A stretch of DNA of 64,000 bases from Podarcis melisellensis (GCA_964234715.1 OZ174282.1); one strand, 5' to 3'. Positions 1 to 12,127 are shown, counted from the first letter of the stretch. Notes: generated from the letters alone by a model not told the origin. Program-made: numbers and translations.

Positions 1-1899
1 GGATGAAAGCAGCCACCTGGGCTGTTCAGACGCAAACTATTTGAAATGGGAAATCAGGAGGAACGCTTTTAAGGTCAGACAGCCCATTTTGTTTTCAAAG
101 GCGAAGAAAGACCCAGACACGTATGTCAGAGAGAAATCCTCCCTCCCTTTTGAAAGGTGGATGGTTGGGGGGGGGGGGACAGAGGGAAGACGAAACAAAA
201 GGTGTGGAAGAACAAGCGATCCAGATTTGCATCTTGAGGACGATTTTGAAAGAGGCTTCTTCTCAGGAGCGACTTGGGGGTTTTCAGCAGCCTGCTTTGT
301 ATATCCTGATCAATCCAAATTGGTCCATGCAGCTGATAAGTATCGCTGAGTCACCGGGAATCTTTTCCAGGGTTTCCCCAATTGCCTTTTCCATCTGAGA
401 GAGGCGGAACGAGATGAATCAGGGCCGGGTAACAAGAGAATTCTGAGCGTGACTAGAAGCTGTCTTTCTTTCTTTCTTTCCCTCCTTTCTTTTTCCTAAC
501 CGAATTGTACTGTGCAGGTGACTAAGTGCCAATCACTGGAGTTTTTATTATTACGAACGGGACCTGCAAGGAAATGTTGCCGCGCGCAGAGCTCTGGTTC
601 CAGATTCCAACCTGCCTCGCCCCTTTCCCGAATACTCCATTCCGTTTTCCCTCCCCTCCTTTTCCCCCCTCTGGAGGGCACCAGGCTGGGACAGGCGACA
701 TCAGCCTGGTGTCTGCCATTCTGGGGTCAGAGAGGCGATGGCCGTCGGGTGAACCGTCCAGTGCGCTCTGAGAATGTGATACAATCATATCCTGTGTGAA
801 TCAAGAACAGGACGGGCTGTGTAACTTACTCCTGATGACAACGGCCAGGCACTCTCCTATTTATGACCAGCTCCTCCATGCACTCCTTGGGCAACACCCC
901 AGGATGGCTGGCCACCTTCCCATAATCTGAATGACAGCCCTTAAAAAGTGAAAGAGGGAAGCTCTGGGGAAAGGGCGTTTTCATCGCATGGGTCACTAAG
1001 TGCTTGGCAGCTGTTTGCAAACAACTCCTTGTCAGAGTCCCCCTGCCCTAGAAAAGTCAGCCTCTCTGCTTGCATGTATTTAGGGCTGCCATGGTCCTTT
1101 GCAGAATAACATAAGTGAAAACACGGGGGGGGGGGCTGTATTCAACTATGGCTGCATGCACACCATACAGTTCAAGTACATCTAAAGCACCACCTCCAAA
1201 GAATCCTGGGAATTGTAGTATGTTCAGGGTCTGGGAATTATAGTTTCCAGGATTCTTGGGGGTGAGGGAGAAATATGCTTCAAATGGGGTGGAATTCACT
1301 ATGGCACTAAGCGGAATATGCCCATGGGGAACAAGGTCCACTCATACAGTGGGAGTTTCCTCCCTGTTGTAAACTTGTCCTGGGGGTTCCTCCAGCCCTC
1401 AAGTAGATTTAACAGGTGTGGGGCAGCCCATAGTGGGGAGAGGGAGGGAAGTCCCGTTGCCTGAGTAGACCTCATCTCACACACAACAGCTTAGCTGAAT
1501 CCCATCCACGGTGTGTATGCAGGCCTAAGTATTATTTAAAGTAGACCCACTGAAATTGGTAGACTTAAGAGAGTCATGTTCATTCATTCAAATGGGTCTA
1601 CTCTGAGCAGGACTAGCTTTGGCTACAACTGACAGGTCCTTGATCCAGGGAACTTACAAAACTGGATATAGTTTGGAAGGGATGTCTCACTGTAAGAACT
1701 TAAGAATTCTGAAAGACAGACTTTATTGATGATGTTGTAGGCTCTAGCCAGTACTGTAGATGCTGTTTAATATTTGCATAACCATATTCCACACAGCTTA
1801 CGGCTGCAGTACATCTGCCTCTTGTTTTCTGCTTCTGTTTTCATTTTGCACAACCAAGGCTACTAGCATATCTAAGTACCCACCCAATAAAAAAACACA

Positions 1900-2175
1900 C
1901 CATAAGTTTGGATAAATAAGAATGTTTTTACCTGGTGCCTAAAAACAGACAGTGATGGTGCCAGGCATGCTTCCCTGGGAAAAGCATTCCACAATCAGGG
2001 TGCCACTACAGAAAAGGCCCATTCTCATGTTGCCACCCTCTGAACCTCCTGTGGAATGGGTACACAAAGAAGCGCCCCAATGATAACCTCAGGTTCTGGG
2101 GTGGTTCATGTCAGGAGAGGCAGACCTTGAGATATAGGTGTCCTGAGCCTCATAAAGCTTTAAAGGACAAAACTA
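1900..2175 (-). mobile_element. L2-type LINE 3' fragment (approximate bounds)
   Basis: gcattccacaatcagggtgccactacagaaaaggccc is the reverse of the L2 ORF2 C-terminal AFSVVAP.LWN.LP motif; degraded. Confidence 0.55.
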
Positions 2176-3309
2176 GTGATATAACCATTTGTTATAGCTC
2201 AACAACCCTGTTTGCAAATGAAACCCCTATATGGCTCCAGCTGCGTTCTTATTTATTTATATAGAAAGATGAACAGCTTAATCAAAAGAGCTTTCTGCGC
2301 ATAACAGAATTGAAAACAACCCACAGCTGAAATCCACAAAGCTATTACAAGCAAGTGTACATTAGATAATTATCATTAAAGCACAGATAACATCAGTGCT
2401 TTTAAAATGAATATAAGTGACGAAATTATATGTCTGGGCAGGCTTGCTGAAGTAAAAGCAGTTTTCAGCAGGCGTCTCAAACTATGCAGCAAGGGCGTCT
2501 GCCTAATGTCAAATATTTCTTCCGGAATAAATGGCTGCAATCTTGTGCATAGGCCCCAAACGGCCTTCTTCTTTCCCCCCTTTTCCTCTGTGCACTCTGG
2601 GGCACTCCAGATGTTTTGAACTACAACTCCCATCAGCCCTCAGCCATGTGGAGCGCCCCAGGCGGGCGAAGCCTGCTCCATACAGTGGCTACCCTGGCTG
2701 TTAACCATGTCAGATCTCTGATTTTCCAAAAAGTGACAACAAACGACTCTTCCTAAACTAGGTGAAGGGTGCACCTGAAAGTAACCTTAAACTGAAATGT
2801 GCCCTGTGTGGGACATGTTATTTGTTGACATATTTAAACTGAAAGCAGTTGCCTCTAAGACACTTACGCTGTTTACAATCTAAACTCTTTTTTTTTCTAT
2901 AAGAAAACTGGTAGAACGAGATGGAAAGGAAAGGGAAGAAGACACTAGGAATTTTCCTACTGCCTATCTTTTGCATAGGATGGCAACAGGACTGGTACAT
3001 ATCCCTTTGAGCAGGGAAAAGAGAATGCGGATGGGGAGGGATCACCTTGTTTTTTCCATCTCCTGGCTTCTTGTCATCGTCAACGCCGTCACTTATTTAT
3101 ATGCCAGCTTTCCATCGAAAACTACGCTCACAAGGCAGTTTACAAGGAGAAAAATACATAATTCACCAAGTTACAAAATATGACAAAATGTAAATGTTAA
3201 TGAAAGCATCCCTTTTTAAAATATGAGATTACAGTTTTTCATAATGCAATAAAATAACGACTACAGAAAATGCAAATAGAATAAATAGAATATGGAGTCC
3301 TCTCTTAAA

Positions 3310-3490
3310 AGTATTCGTTAGCCCTTATACCACCCCCTGCTTCGTTGGATGTCCACGAGAGAGAGAAAAGCTTTTATCTATTCATTTTCTCCATGTCATG
3401 CAGAATTCTATAAGCTTCCATCATCTCTTACTCACTTTTCTCTAAACTAAAAAGTCCCAAACACTGCAGCCTTTCTCCATAGGGGAGTCA
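3310..3490 (-). mobile_element. CR1 LINE ORF2 fragment (approximate bounds)
   Basis: Minus strand reads LPYGERLQCLGLFSLEK, a typical CR1 RT C-terminal motif. Confidence 0.65.
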
Positions 3491-3935
3491 CAGAACAATG
3501 ACTTCCCTGGGTCACTCTGCTTCTGCTTGTGCATGTTAGGGCAGGGGCAACCAATGTGATGTTTTCCGGCTATGGCTGGCTCAAAACTCACATCAGTACC
3601 AGCCAGCATGGCCAGGAATTATGGGAGATGGAGTCCAGCGACATCTGAATGGCACTACCCCTCAGTATCTGTGTCCACTGACATCCACAGGCAAATGTAA
3701 ACAACTCCAAGCCAATGTTGAGCCCATGTTTTTATCCTTGTGATTTTCCTCACTGTTTGAGACGGTATTCTATTGTCTTCCCTGTTCTTGGCAAGCTCTT
3801 GTCGTGAACAACGGGATGGCTTGCTTGCCTGAATGGGTATCACAGATTTTAACACCTCAGACTGCATGCTTGTGTACAAAACAAAATGCTTTGCTAGTGG
3901 AACCCGTTAGCTCCAGTCCCGTTTAGCTCACTGTA

Positions 3936-4161
3936 CAGCGGTAGCTCGGGTTACAAACTTAATACACTCCGGAGGTCCATTCTTAACCTGAAACCGTTCT
4001 TAACCTGAGGTACCACTTTAGCTAACGGGACCTCCCGCTGTCGCTGTGCCACCACCACACAATTTCTGTTCTCATCCTGATGTAAAGTTCTTAACCTGAG
4101 GTACAACTTCCGGGTTAGCGGAGTCTGTAACCCGGAGTGTTTGTAACTCGAGGTATCACTG
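3936..4161. mobile_element. Tc1/mariner-type MITE (family A)
   Basis: TIRs cagcggtagctcgggttac / gtaactcgaggtatcactg, TA target duplication; near-identical copies at 6881, 49125, 63895. Confidence 0.88.
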
Positions 4162-5659
4162 TATGCAATGTATTTGCATGCATGTGTGCCTGAGCTTTTA
4201 CCTGCTCCTGCAACTAGATTTACCCTCCAATTGCCAGTGAAATTGCCACTTACTACAACCATTGGTTGGTTCTAAAATGATTAGCTGCTCCACCTGTCAC
4301 CAGTCACTGCTGCCACCCTTTGAAGTGGAAGATTTATCACAACCCTGCCACTCTGACTGCCTGATCTTTGCAGCTGCTCCTGCAGCCAGAGTTAACCAGT
4401 TACTCTGGGTGATATCTATTAAGCATTCACAACCCCCGCCCCACCCCACCCCGGCTTACTCAGAGGTTCTATCTGGTCATTATTGAACATTCATTCTTAT
4501 TTGTTTGCGGGGCAGTTATATGGCAGTAAACATTCATCCTGGTTTGCTTGCAGGGTGTCTACATGTCTCCCTGTTAACCATCAGTTCATTCTGTGCTTTC
4601 CAATACATTTCCCCATCACTTCCCTAACAGCAAAGAGTCTGTTTCTTTTTTGAAGCAGATTGGTTGCGCTATGGTGACAAGTGACTTTAATCCACTTTCA
4701 CTGCGCAAACCTAAACTTCCCGGTGTGCGCTTGGATCTCTCAAATACTGACAGTCCAAAGGTGACTCCAAAAGTCCGTGGTACCCAGCTCATGCTTGCTC
4801 ACCCTCACATCTGAGAGGCATCTCAGTAGGTCCTGATCAGCTTGCCACAATTATATACACTGTTAAATGTTATGTTCTGTAGGCTTTCAGATTTGTTACA
4901 ATACGTACTGCAGTGCTTTCATTTCTTCTTAAGATTTCCCTTGAAATACCAGCTCGGTCCTGGTGCCGTTCATCTTAACTGCCTGTCTCGCTTTTATTTT
5001 TAGAATATCATAAAGGGCTTTTGTTCCAAGGTATATTTAGCAGGGGAGTGGAAAGGGAGTGGGTCACCCGTGTGCATGGGAGAATGTCTGGTTCTTCCCA
5101 CCCATTCCCCCAAACACTCTGAGAAGGTGGAGTATCAGTTGCTGTTTTTGAAAAAAGACAGATGATACAAATTCAAAATACCAAAATCAGAGGGAGGAAA
5201 GGAAGGGGGGAGGGTCTAATATTTAGGTGCCCAAGCCTGGAGGCATCTTGGCATCTTGTAACAGAAATTATTTCAACATGCTCCTATTCATGTCTAGGAC
5301 ACAACAGGGTCTCTTATACATCTCTCTGTGTTACAGAGATATTCACTTGGCTAGTAATGACTGCACAAATGCAATCCCACTGCTGGGCTTCCATTCCCCC
5401 CCCCCCACACACCTTCAGGGTGGGGTGAAACTGAACAAGCATGACCATCTTCCCACCCATCCCACCATATATGTGTGTCAGGCTGCAGTTTCTCCTGTCC
5501 GATTTCTGCCTGGCATGCATAAGAGCATAAGAATTTTATTGTCAGTGCATAGTATACATAAAGTCATTGATTCAGTTTATTAATTAATCATGGCCCATCT
5601 GATTAGAAGCCAGCACTGCTTCTGAGAACAAATCCCTAGGCTCAAAATGTGCTTAAAGG

Positions 5660-5960
5660 TGCCCTGTTCTTTAACTCTTTGCTGGCCGGCATCAGACCTG
5701 GAAGATCATCTCACCCCTTGTATACTCAACTGAGCACTGTGAGAGGGCCTCCCGCAGATACAATCTTGGGAGGAGATCTGTTCTGTTTAGTGTGGTGGCA
5801 CCTAACTCCTGTTTTACATATCAGACAGGCACCATCTCTGTTGCCCTTCTGGGGTCTGCTGAAGATTTTCCTCTTTCAACAAGCCTTTTAAGTGGAGATT
5901 TTTATCCCATCTGTCATATTGCAACTATTTTTAGCTGCTTTTATATGCAGAGGTCTTCTT
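5660..5960 (+). mobile_element. L2-type LINE 3' fragment (approximate bounds)
   Basis: Degraded L2 3' end (tttagtgtggtggcacc...atcagacaggcaccatc...caagccttttaa) followed by T-rich tail. Confidence 0.5.
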
Positions 5961-6568
5961 AACTGTGCTGCTTCTATATATGGGATCTGTTTTGTTTTAA
6001 GCTGTTTTATGTGTGTGGTTTCCCCATGGCTCAGATGTCTACCAGGAGCTCTGCATTCAGGTATTGTGGCCCCAATTTTGTAGAACTGCCTTCCACTTAA
6101 GATCAACTCTCCCTGTTGAACTTCCAGAACCTACTGAAGATTTTTTTTTCTTCCAGCAGACATTTCAACTCATCAGATTTTATAATTTTAACTCATTTTT
6201 TTTAAAAATAGTCATTGTATTCAGGTTTTGCACACCTCCTAGAGATGACCGTGATTGGTATACCTAAGTTGTTGAAATAAATAGCAAATCAATAGGTATA
6301 TGCAACAGCTTCTAATGACTTTTGCAGTATTCTTGCTTTATGGTTGGTAAACAAAAACAAATATGGTTTATTTGTTTTATACTTGTGTGTTTGCTGCTGT
6401 AAAGGGCGGGTAGGAAATCTGAAAAAATAATAATGAATGAATCACTGGGCACCAGCTGTCGCTCCTGTGCTCTGCTGAACAGCATGAAACGTGGACTTCC
6501 TGCAGCCAGTTCTGGCTCCCTCATGAGTGTCCTTTGATGACATCCAGTGTCGGATTTACCGGTACATA

Positions 6569-6723
6569 CAGTGGTACCTCTGGTTGTGAACGGGATCCAT
6601 CCCAGAGGCCCATTCACTACATGAAAAGAGTGCAACCCTCAGCGGCACGTCTGCACACGCGCGGGTTGTGATTTGCAGCTTCTGCGCATGCGCATGATGT
6701 CATTTTGCACTTGTGTATGACTG
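6569..6723. mobile_element. Tc1/mariner-type MITE, internally deleted, nested in hAT element
   Basis: ta|cagtggtacctctggttg ... tatgactg|ta. Confidence 0.7.
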
Positions 6724-6880
6724 TATAAGCTGAACAAGCTATAGCTTAGGGCCCCACTCTCTTGGGGGGGGGGCAAAAAATTAAAGGGGGGAAACTGGAT
6801 GTACTTCAATAAAATACATATTTTGTCATGTGCAAATGGCTTTAGATACCAATTAGGTCCATAAATTACCATATAGCATA

Positions 6881-7125
6881 CAGTGGTACCTCGGGTTAAG
6901 AACTTAATTCATCCTGGAGGTCCGCTCTTAACCTGAAACTGTACTTAACCTGAAGCACCACTTTAGCTAATGGGGCCTCCCGCTGCTGCTGCCATGCCGC
7001 CATCACACGATTTCTGTTCTCATCCTGAAGCAAAGTTCTTAACCCGAGGTAATATTTCTGGGTTAGCGGAGTCTGTAACCTGCAGCGTATGTAACCTGAA
7101 GCATATGTAACCCGAGCTACCACTG
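6881..7125. mobile_element. Tc1/mariner-type MITE (family A), nested in hAT element
   Basis: ta|cagtggtacctcgggtta ... taacccgagctaccactg|ta. Confidence 0.9.
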
Positions 7126-7689
7126 TATAGTCAACACAAAAAACAGTTACAATTTGTCTTGACAAAGGACAGCTGGACATATAAAGGGCCCCATTACCTT
7201 CAGTAGCTTAGGGCCTCATCAAACCTAAATCCGGCCCTGATGACATGGCATGCTTATTTATTTATTTTGCTCTGTTTCGTTTCGCTTCCCGTGAAACAAT
7301 TAACAATTTAAACAATCCACAGAGCGCAATATAAACATTCCTTAGAGTGCACCAAAAAGACAGTCAAGATGGCACCCGTCTGATATGTAACAGGAGGGAG
7401 TTATATCACACCAAAAGCCCAGTTCCTACGTTGTACAGAAGAATGGACCTCTTGATGAGATTTGTGTGCATACGGCCATCTCCTGCAATTACATTTGTCT
7501 CATTCACACATTACATTCTGGTATATAAACTTACACACACACCCCACAAAAAAAAATACCCTCAAAAAGACATGCACACTCACAAAAAGGGTTCTCAGGT
7601 TACCTGGTTTTGTGGTGACACAGCTACCAAAGTCTGCCCTGAAGCAACATCCCCATTTTTCTCTGCTCCCCTGAAGGTTACTCGTTCAC

Positions 7690-8044
7690 CATACCCTCCA
7701 ACATTTCTCCAGTGGAAATAGGGACGTCCCATTCCATAATGATAATTTTACTATTTTCCCATTCCATAATGATAATTTTACTATTTATACCCCACACATC
7801 TTACTGGGTTGCCCCAGCATATATAGAAACATAACAAAACATTAAACATTTTTTAAAAAAACCTCTATACAGGATTGCCTTCAGATGGCTTGAGGGTCAG
7901 ATAACTCTATACCCTTCAACATTTCTCCAATGAAAATAGGGACATCCTAAGGAAAAGTGGAACATTCTGGGATGAAATCAGAAACCGGGACAGCTTCTCT
8001 AAATCAGGGACACCCCTGGAAAATAGGGACACTTGGAGAGTCAG
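7690..8044. mobile_element. Non-autonomous DNA transposon (family B) with internal direct repeat
   Basis: Termini cataccctccaa / ttggagagtcag; repeated aaaatagggac motifs; homologous copy at 26191-26521. Confidence 0.75.
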
Positions 8045-9045
8045 AGGCATATCCATCGGCGGTGGGGTGGGGGTGGCTTTGTATTTTCGTAAGCATTTTT
8101 AAAGCTGAGGCCCCATACGATATAAAATTTAAGAGGTCCAAAACATTACAAGAAAAAGTATACAGGCTACATCCAATGCAAGGTCTACTCAGACATATGT
8201 CCACTAATTCCAGCTGGACATAACCCTATTATTTCATTATTTTTCAGCCAATTATGTAACCCTTGAAATTTACTATACGTGTGTGAGTGTGTGTGTTTAG
8301 AGGCCCCTCATAATCTGAGGACCGAAACTGTCATTTACTTAGCTTGTGCGTATATCTGGCACTGTTTAAGCTGCAAGTCTTCCCTAGAGGGAGAAGATGG
8401 AAACAATTTTGTTGATAAGAGAGAGAAAGAGAGATGGAGGGAGAAGGGAGAGGGAGGGTATGCTGAACTTTTTCCTTCCTTTCAAATCGGCTTGTTCTGA
8501 CATGTCGCTTGGAATCCTCCGCTGAATTGCCTTCCATCCCCAACTGAAGTGAGTCAGACGCCAAGCCCATCCACTTGCCTACTCTCGTTTGCAACGTGGG
8601 TGACAGAAACTCTCCAGGAGGATGGGAAGTGCTTGAATACTCAATTAGTTTTGTTTCTGTTGCATAAATCTTAACTTCTCAACAATAGGCGAGTTTGAAG
8701 CTGTGGCTGTGTTGAGGAGAGGGAGCCCAAAAGACAAACATCTGTGCATTGGAGGAGTATGGTTTATGCAGCCAAATAAGCCAACAAGGTGTTTAATTGA
8801 TTAATGCATGGGTTAAATGTGAATCAATCTGCACATTTAAAAAAACAATAGTTGGAGGAGGGGAAGCATACAGTTAATTTTTTAGGTGGCACATTTCTGC
8901 ATATGTGGCACCTCCTGCTTAATATGTGTGTGTGACAAGGGGGAATGCCTCTTCTAAGACAATGCTTTTCTAAGATGAGCATTTAAGAAGTAAAAACAAT
9001 TAGCATTTTTGCAAAAAAGAGATGGTCTAATTAAACAGCAATTAT

Positions 9046-9197
9046 GAGCCCTCAGGTGGTGCAATGGGTCAGTGAGTCTGGCTGTTAACTGGAAGGTTGG
9101 TGGTTTGAGCCCACCCAGGGATGAGTGTGGGCAGGATCCCTGCATTGCAGGGGGTTGACCTAGATGACCCTCGGGATCCCTTCCAACTCTACAGTTC
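9046..9197 (+). mobile_element. tRNA-derived SINE with CR1-type 3' tail (approximate bounds)
   Basis: A/B-box-like head (ggtggtgcaatggg...ggtttgagccc), then cctgcattgcagggggttgacctagatgacc...cccttccaactct; tail copies near 14990, 30410, 35470, 45345, 51550. Confidence 0.6.
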
Positions 9198-10687
9198 AGT
9201 TCTGTGTCTTAAATCTGAGGTTCCCGCCCTTAATCTACCTGATTAAGGCTGCAAATCTTAACTCGCTTACTGAATTTATTGGGACTTACTGCTGAATAAG
9301 TACGTGCATCATAAAGGACTGCATTGCACAGAGAACAGCTCTATTTATATTTCGTTTTGTTTAAAACTTTTGTTGTACCCAACCTTATCTCTATCAAGCC
9401 TTCAAGGCAGCTAACAAAGTTAAAACAGAGCCACAAACAATGAAATGACAGCAGCAGCCACAACAACCTTGAAAAAACCAATCCAAACATAAATTTGAAT
9501 GTCAAGAAACAATATGTAATCAGATAGCTGTAAGGGAAATAATAATATTATTAATAATAATAACCTGCTAAATGCTCAGGGAAATAAAACAGTTTTGACT
9601 TCTTGCCCCACAGAAGGAAGATTAGTCACAAAATAAATGTTCCGCAATTTCTGTGCCACCAGAGTGTGCCACAATCCCTGATCGCTGGCCTAATTTCTGC
9701 AAGCAAGGAGACCTAGAGGAGGACACCCTACGATGATATTAAGATCCTGGATTCTGGACTATTTTGAGTTGTATATAACAGAAGTGCATAGACTTTTCCA
9801 CTAAAAAGCACGGCAGATTCATTTCCATTGGGTGTGCCAGGAAACAGGATAAAAGCACAGGGATGATGTCCGGAAGGAAATCTTAATAAACATTTCCTTT
9901 GAACTGGTGACACCAATAACCACATGTGGGTTCAATAACTGGAAAGTGCTGTTACTTAAGAGCAGTGATGTCAAGTCTCTTTTTATTAAGGGGTATTCAG
10001 GCTGCCCCACTGAAAACTCTCTTTGCTTGTAGAAACCTATCACTACCTTGTGCTGATTTGCGGGCCTGAAATGGAAGTGGCTTTAGCCTCTTTGGCTAGA
10101 CTGTCCTAAACGCCACAGTTTGGAGCAGCAGGTTACTCCTGGGAAATAGATGGCTGACCTCTGGAAAAGAAAGCCATCAAAATATAGACTCAATGTACAT
10201 ATGGTGGCAACTCGGACCAGGATAACTTGTCTTGTGTCCTGAAAGGTGGGATCTAAAGAATCGTGATAAATGAATGATGTGGCATTGCACATGCCCGAGT
10301 CTTTTTTAACAGCCCTCAGCCATTTCACCTGGTAGTGTATCAGCGCAGCACAGTGCCTGCCAAGGCTAATAAACTCTGCGGTGTGATCATGGACGCTCAG
10401 GTCAAAGAACCTGGTTTGAAGAAAGCCATGGAGCATGGCACAGGATTTGCCGCCTACTATCATGTTTACATTAGGAAGAGGAAGGAAGAGGAGGAGGTGG
10501 ACAACAGCACATATGCTGCAATCCTAGTCCCACTTTCCCAGGAGTAAGCCCCATTTAATTCAGTGGGACTTACTTCTGAGTAGGCATGGTGAGGAGTGCA
10601 GTTAAAAGACACTTCCTGGGGAGGAAAGAATTGGCACATGCATTGTATGCAGAAGGCTCTAAGTTCAATTCCTGGCATGCCTAAGGT

Positions 10688-10932
10688 CAGGGATAGGCAA
10701 CCTAAGGCCCGGGGGGGGGGGCGGATGCGGCCCAATTGTCTTCTCAATCTGGCCCACAGATGGTCTGGGAATCAGTGTGTTTTTACATGAGTAGACTGTG
10801 TCCTTTTATTTAAAATGCATCTCTGGGTTATTTGTGGGGCATAGGAACTCATTCATAATTTTTTTCAGAATATAGTCTGGCCCCCACAAGGTCTGAGGGA
10901 CACCACTGGCTGAAAAAGGTTGCTGACCCCTG
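10688..10932. mobile_element. hAT (Charlie / OC1-like) MITE inserted in an older SINE
   Basis: TIRs cagggataggcaac / gttgctgacccctg; perfect 8-bp TSD CCTAAGGT (10680-10687, 10933-10940). Confidence 0.88.
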
Positions 10933-11849
10933 CCTAAGGTGGTCTGGGAAAGACTCCTGGTCTGGTGAGCTGCTGTTGGGCAGTTTAAACCATAGGGAAC
11001 TAGATGGATCAATGGTCTGGCTCAGTTGGCGGCACCTTCTGATGTCTCCCCTGTAAGGTGGCAATGATAACATCTCAAAGTGATCTGCCTTGATCACTTT
11101 GTAAGGCAGCCTCCCCCTGCCTGGTGCCTCTCCCTATGTTTTGGACCACGGCTTCCCTCAGCCCCAGCCAGCTGCGAGCTGAGCTTACATACACAAGAGA
11201 GAATTTCATTCTGTGCAGCTTCTCTGAACGAAGTACTTTAAGGGTGGGAAAACTTGACTTTAGTAAACGACAAAAGGCAACAGACTTTTTGACTCCTTTG
11301 GCATCGCCTGTATTTGAAAAATGTATGCATTTGTTTATATATTGTATGTCAGTTTGAAAAGCAACCAACAAGTTTAATAACAACAATAACAATAATAATA
11401 ATAATATGTCCACCAGTACAGATTAGTTGACAATGTGCATGAAAAATGGACCAGGATTTATTTATTTTTAGCCATTAACTTTTTAAATTAAGTTATCAAG
11501 AAGTGTTGGTACAGATTGACAGATGTAAAGCATTTCACTGAATCACTATAAGAAGACAACAAAACAACATCACACATATTGTCCTACATATTCATGATTT
11601 TTTGTTCCTCGCAGACAAAAGACCCCCCTCCCCTCTCTTCCAAGAGTAACAGGTGGACAGCCTCACCCTTTCACTGTCTAAAAATCCAAAATTCCTGACA
11701 ATGAACACAAACCCAAAAGATTTCATAAGAGAATCCACACCACTTTTTTTTTTTGTCTTCCATCGTTTTGCCCTCCAGGAATTTTCCTTATTCTTTTGCC
11801 TCCTCACTCATCCCCCCCCCAGCAATAAAAAGGTAGCTCCTTGTCTCAG

Positions 11850-12127
11850 CAACTGGCTGCTCGGTTTGCAAAGGGTTAACCCTTGCACCTGCTGAGGTGT
11901 ACCTGTCTTCTGGCACCTGTCTCCTCCGGCCAATCAGAAGCAAGCCTCGAGAGACCTTACCTGTCAGCAGAATGCCTGCACCACACATAAACCTCTAACT
12001 TGAATCCAACTCTTCACTTTCCAGGTGATGTCTCTGTTTAGAAGACGGTATTAGTAGAGGTTAAAAGAGGTGGAAAAATATCTGAAGATCTTACTGTTGG
12101 CGAGGGAGTGGAAAACGTTGGGGGAAC
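11850..12127 (+). promoter_or_regulatory. GRHL3: GRHL3 proximal promoter and 5' UTR
   Basis: CCAAT 11930-11934, TATA-like CATAAA 11986-11991, E-box cluster, TE-free, directly upstream of the start codon; CpG-enriched sequence continues into intron 1 (to about 12830). Confidence 0.6.

Larger units (their letters stand above)
6545..7239. mobile_element. Non-autonomous hAT-type DNA transposon hosting two nested MITEs
   Basis: TIRs cagtgtcggattta / taaatccggccctg; 8-bp TSD atgacatc / atgacatg (7 of 8 match). Confidence 0.82.

Noticed and set aside
40-90. Minus-strand MGCLTLKAFLLISHFK, signal-peptide-like (possible IFNLR1 exon 1)
   Set aside because: Ends in a stop codon with no splice donor
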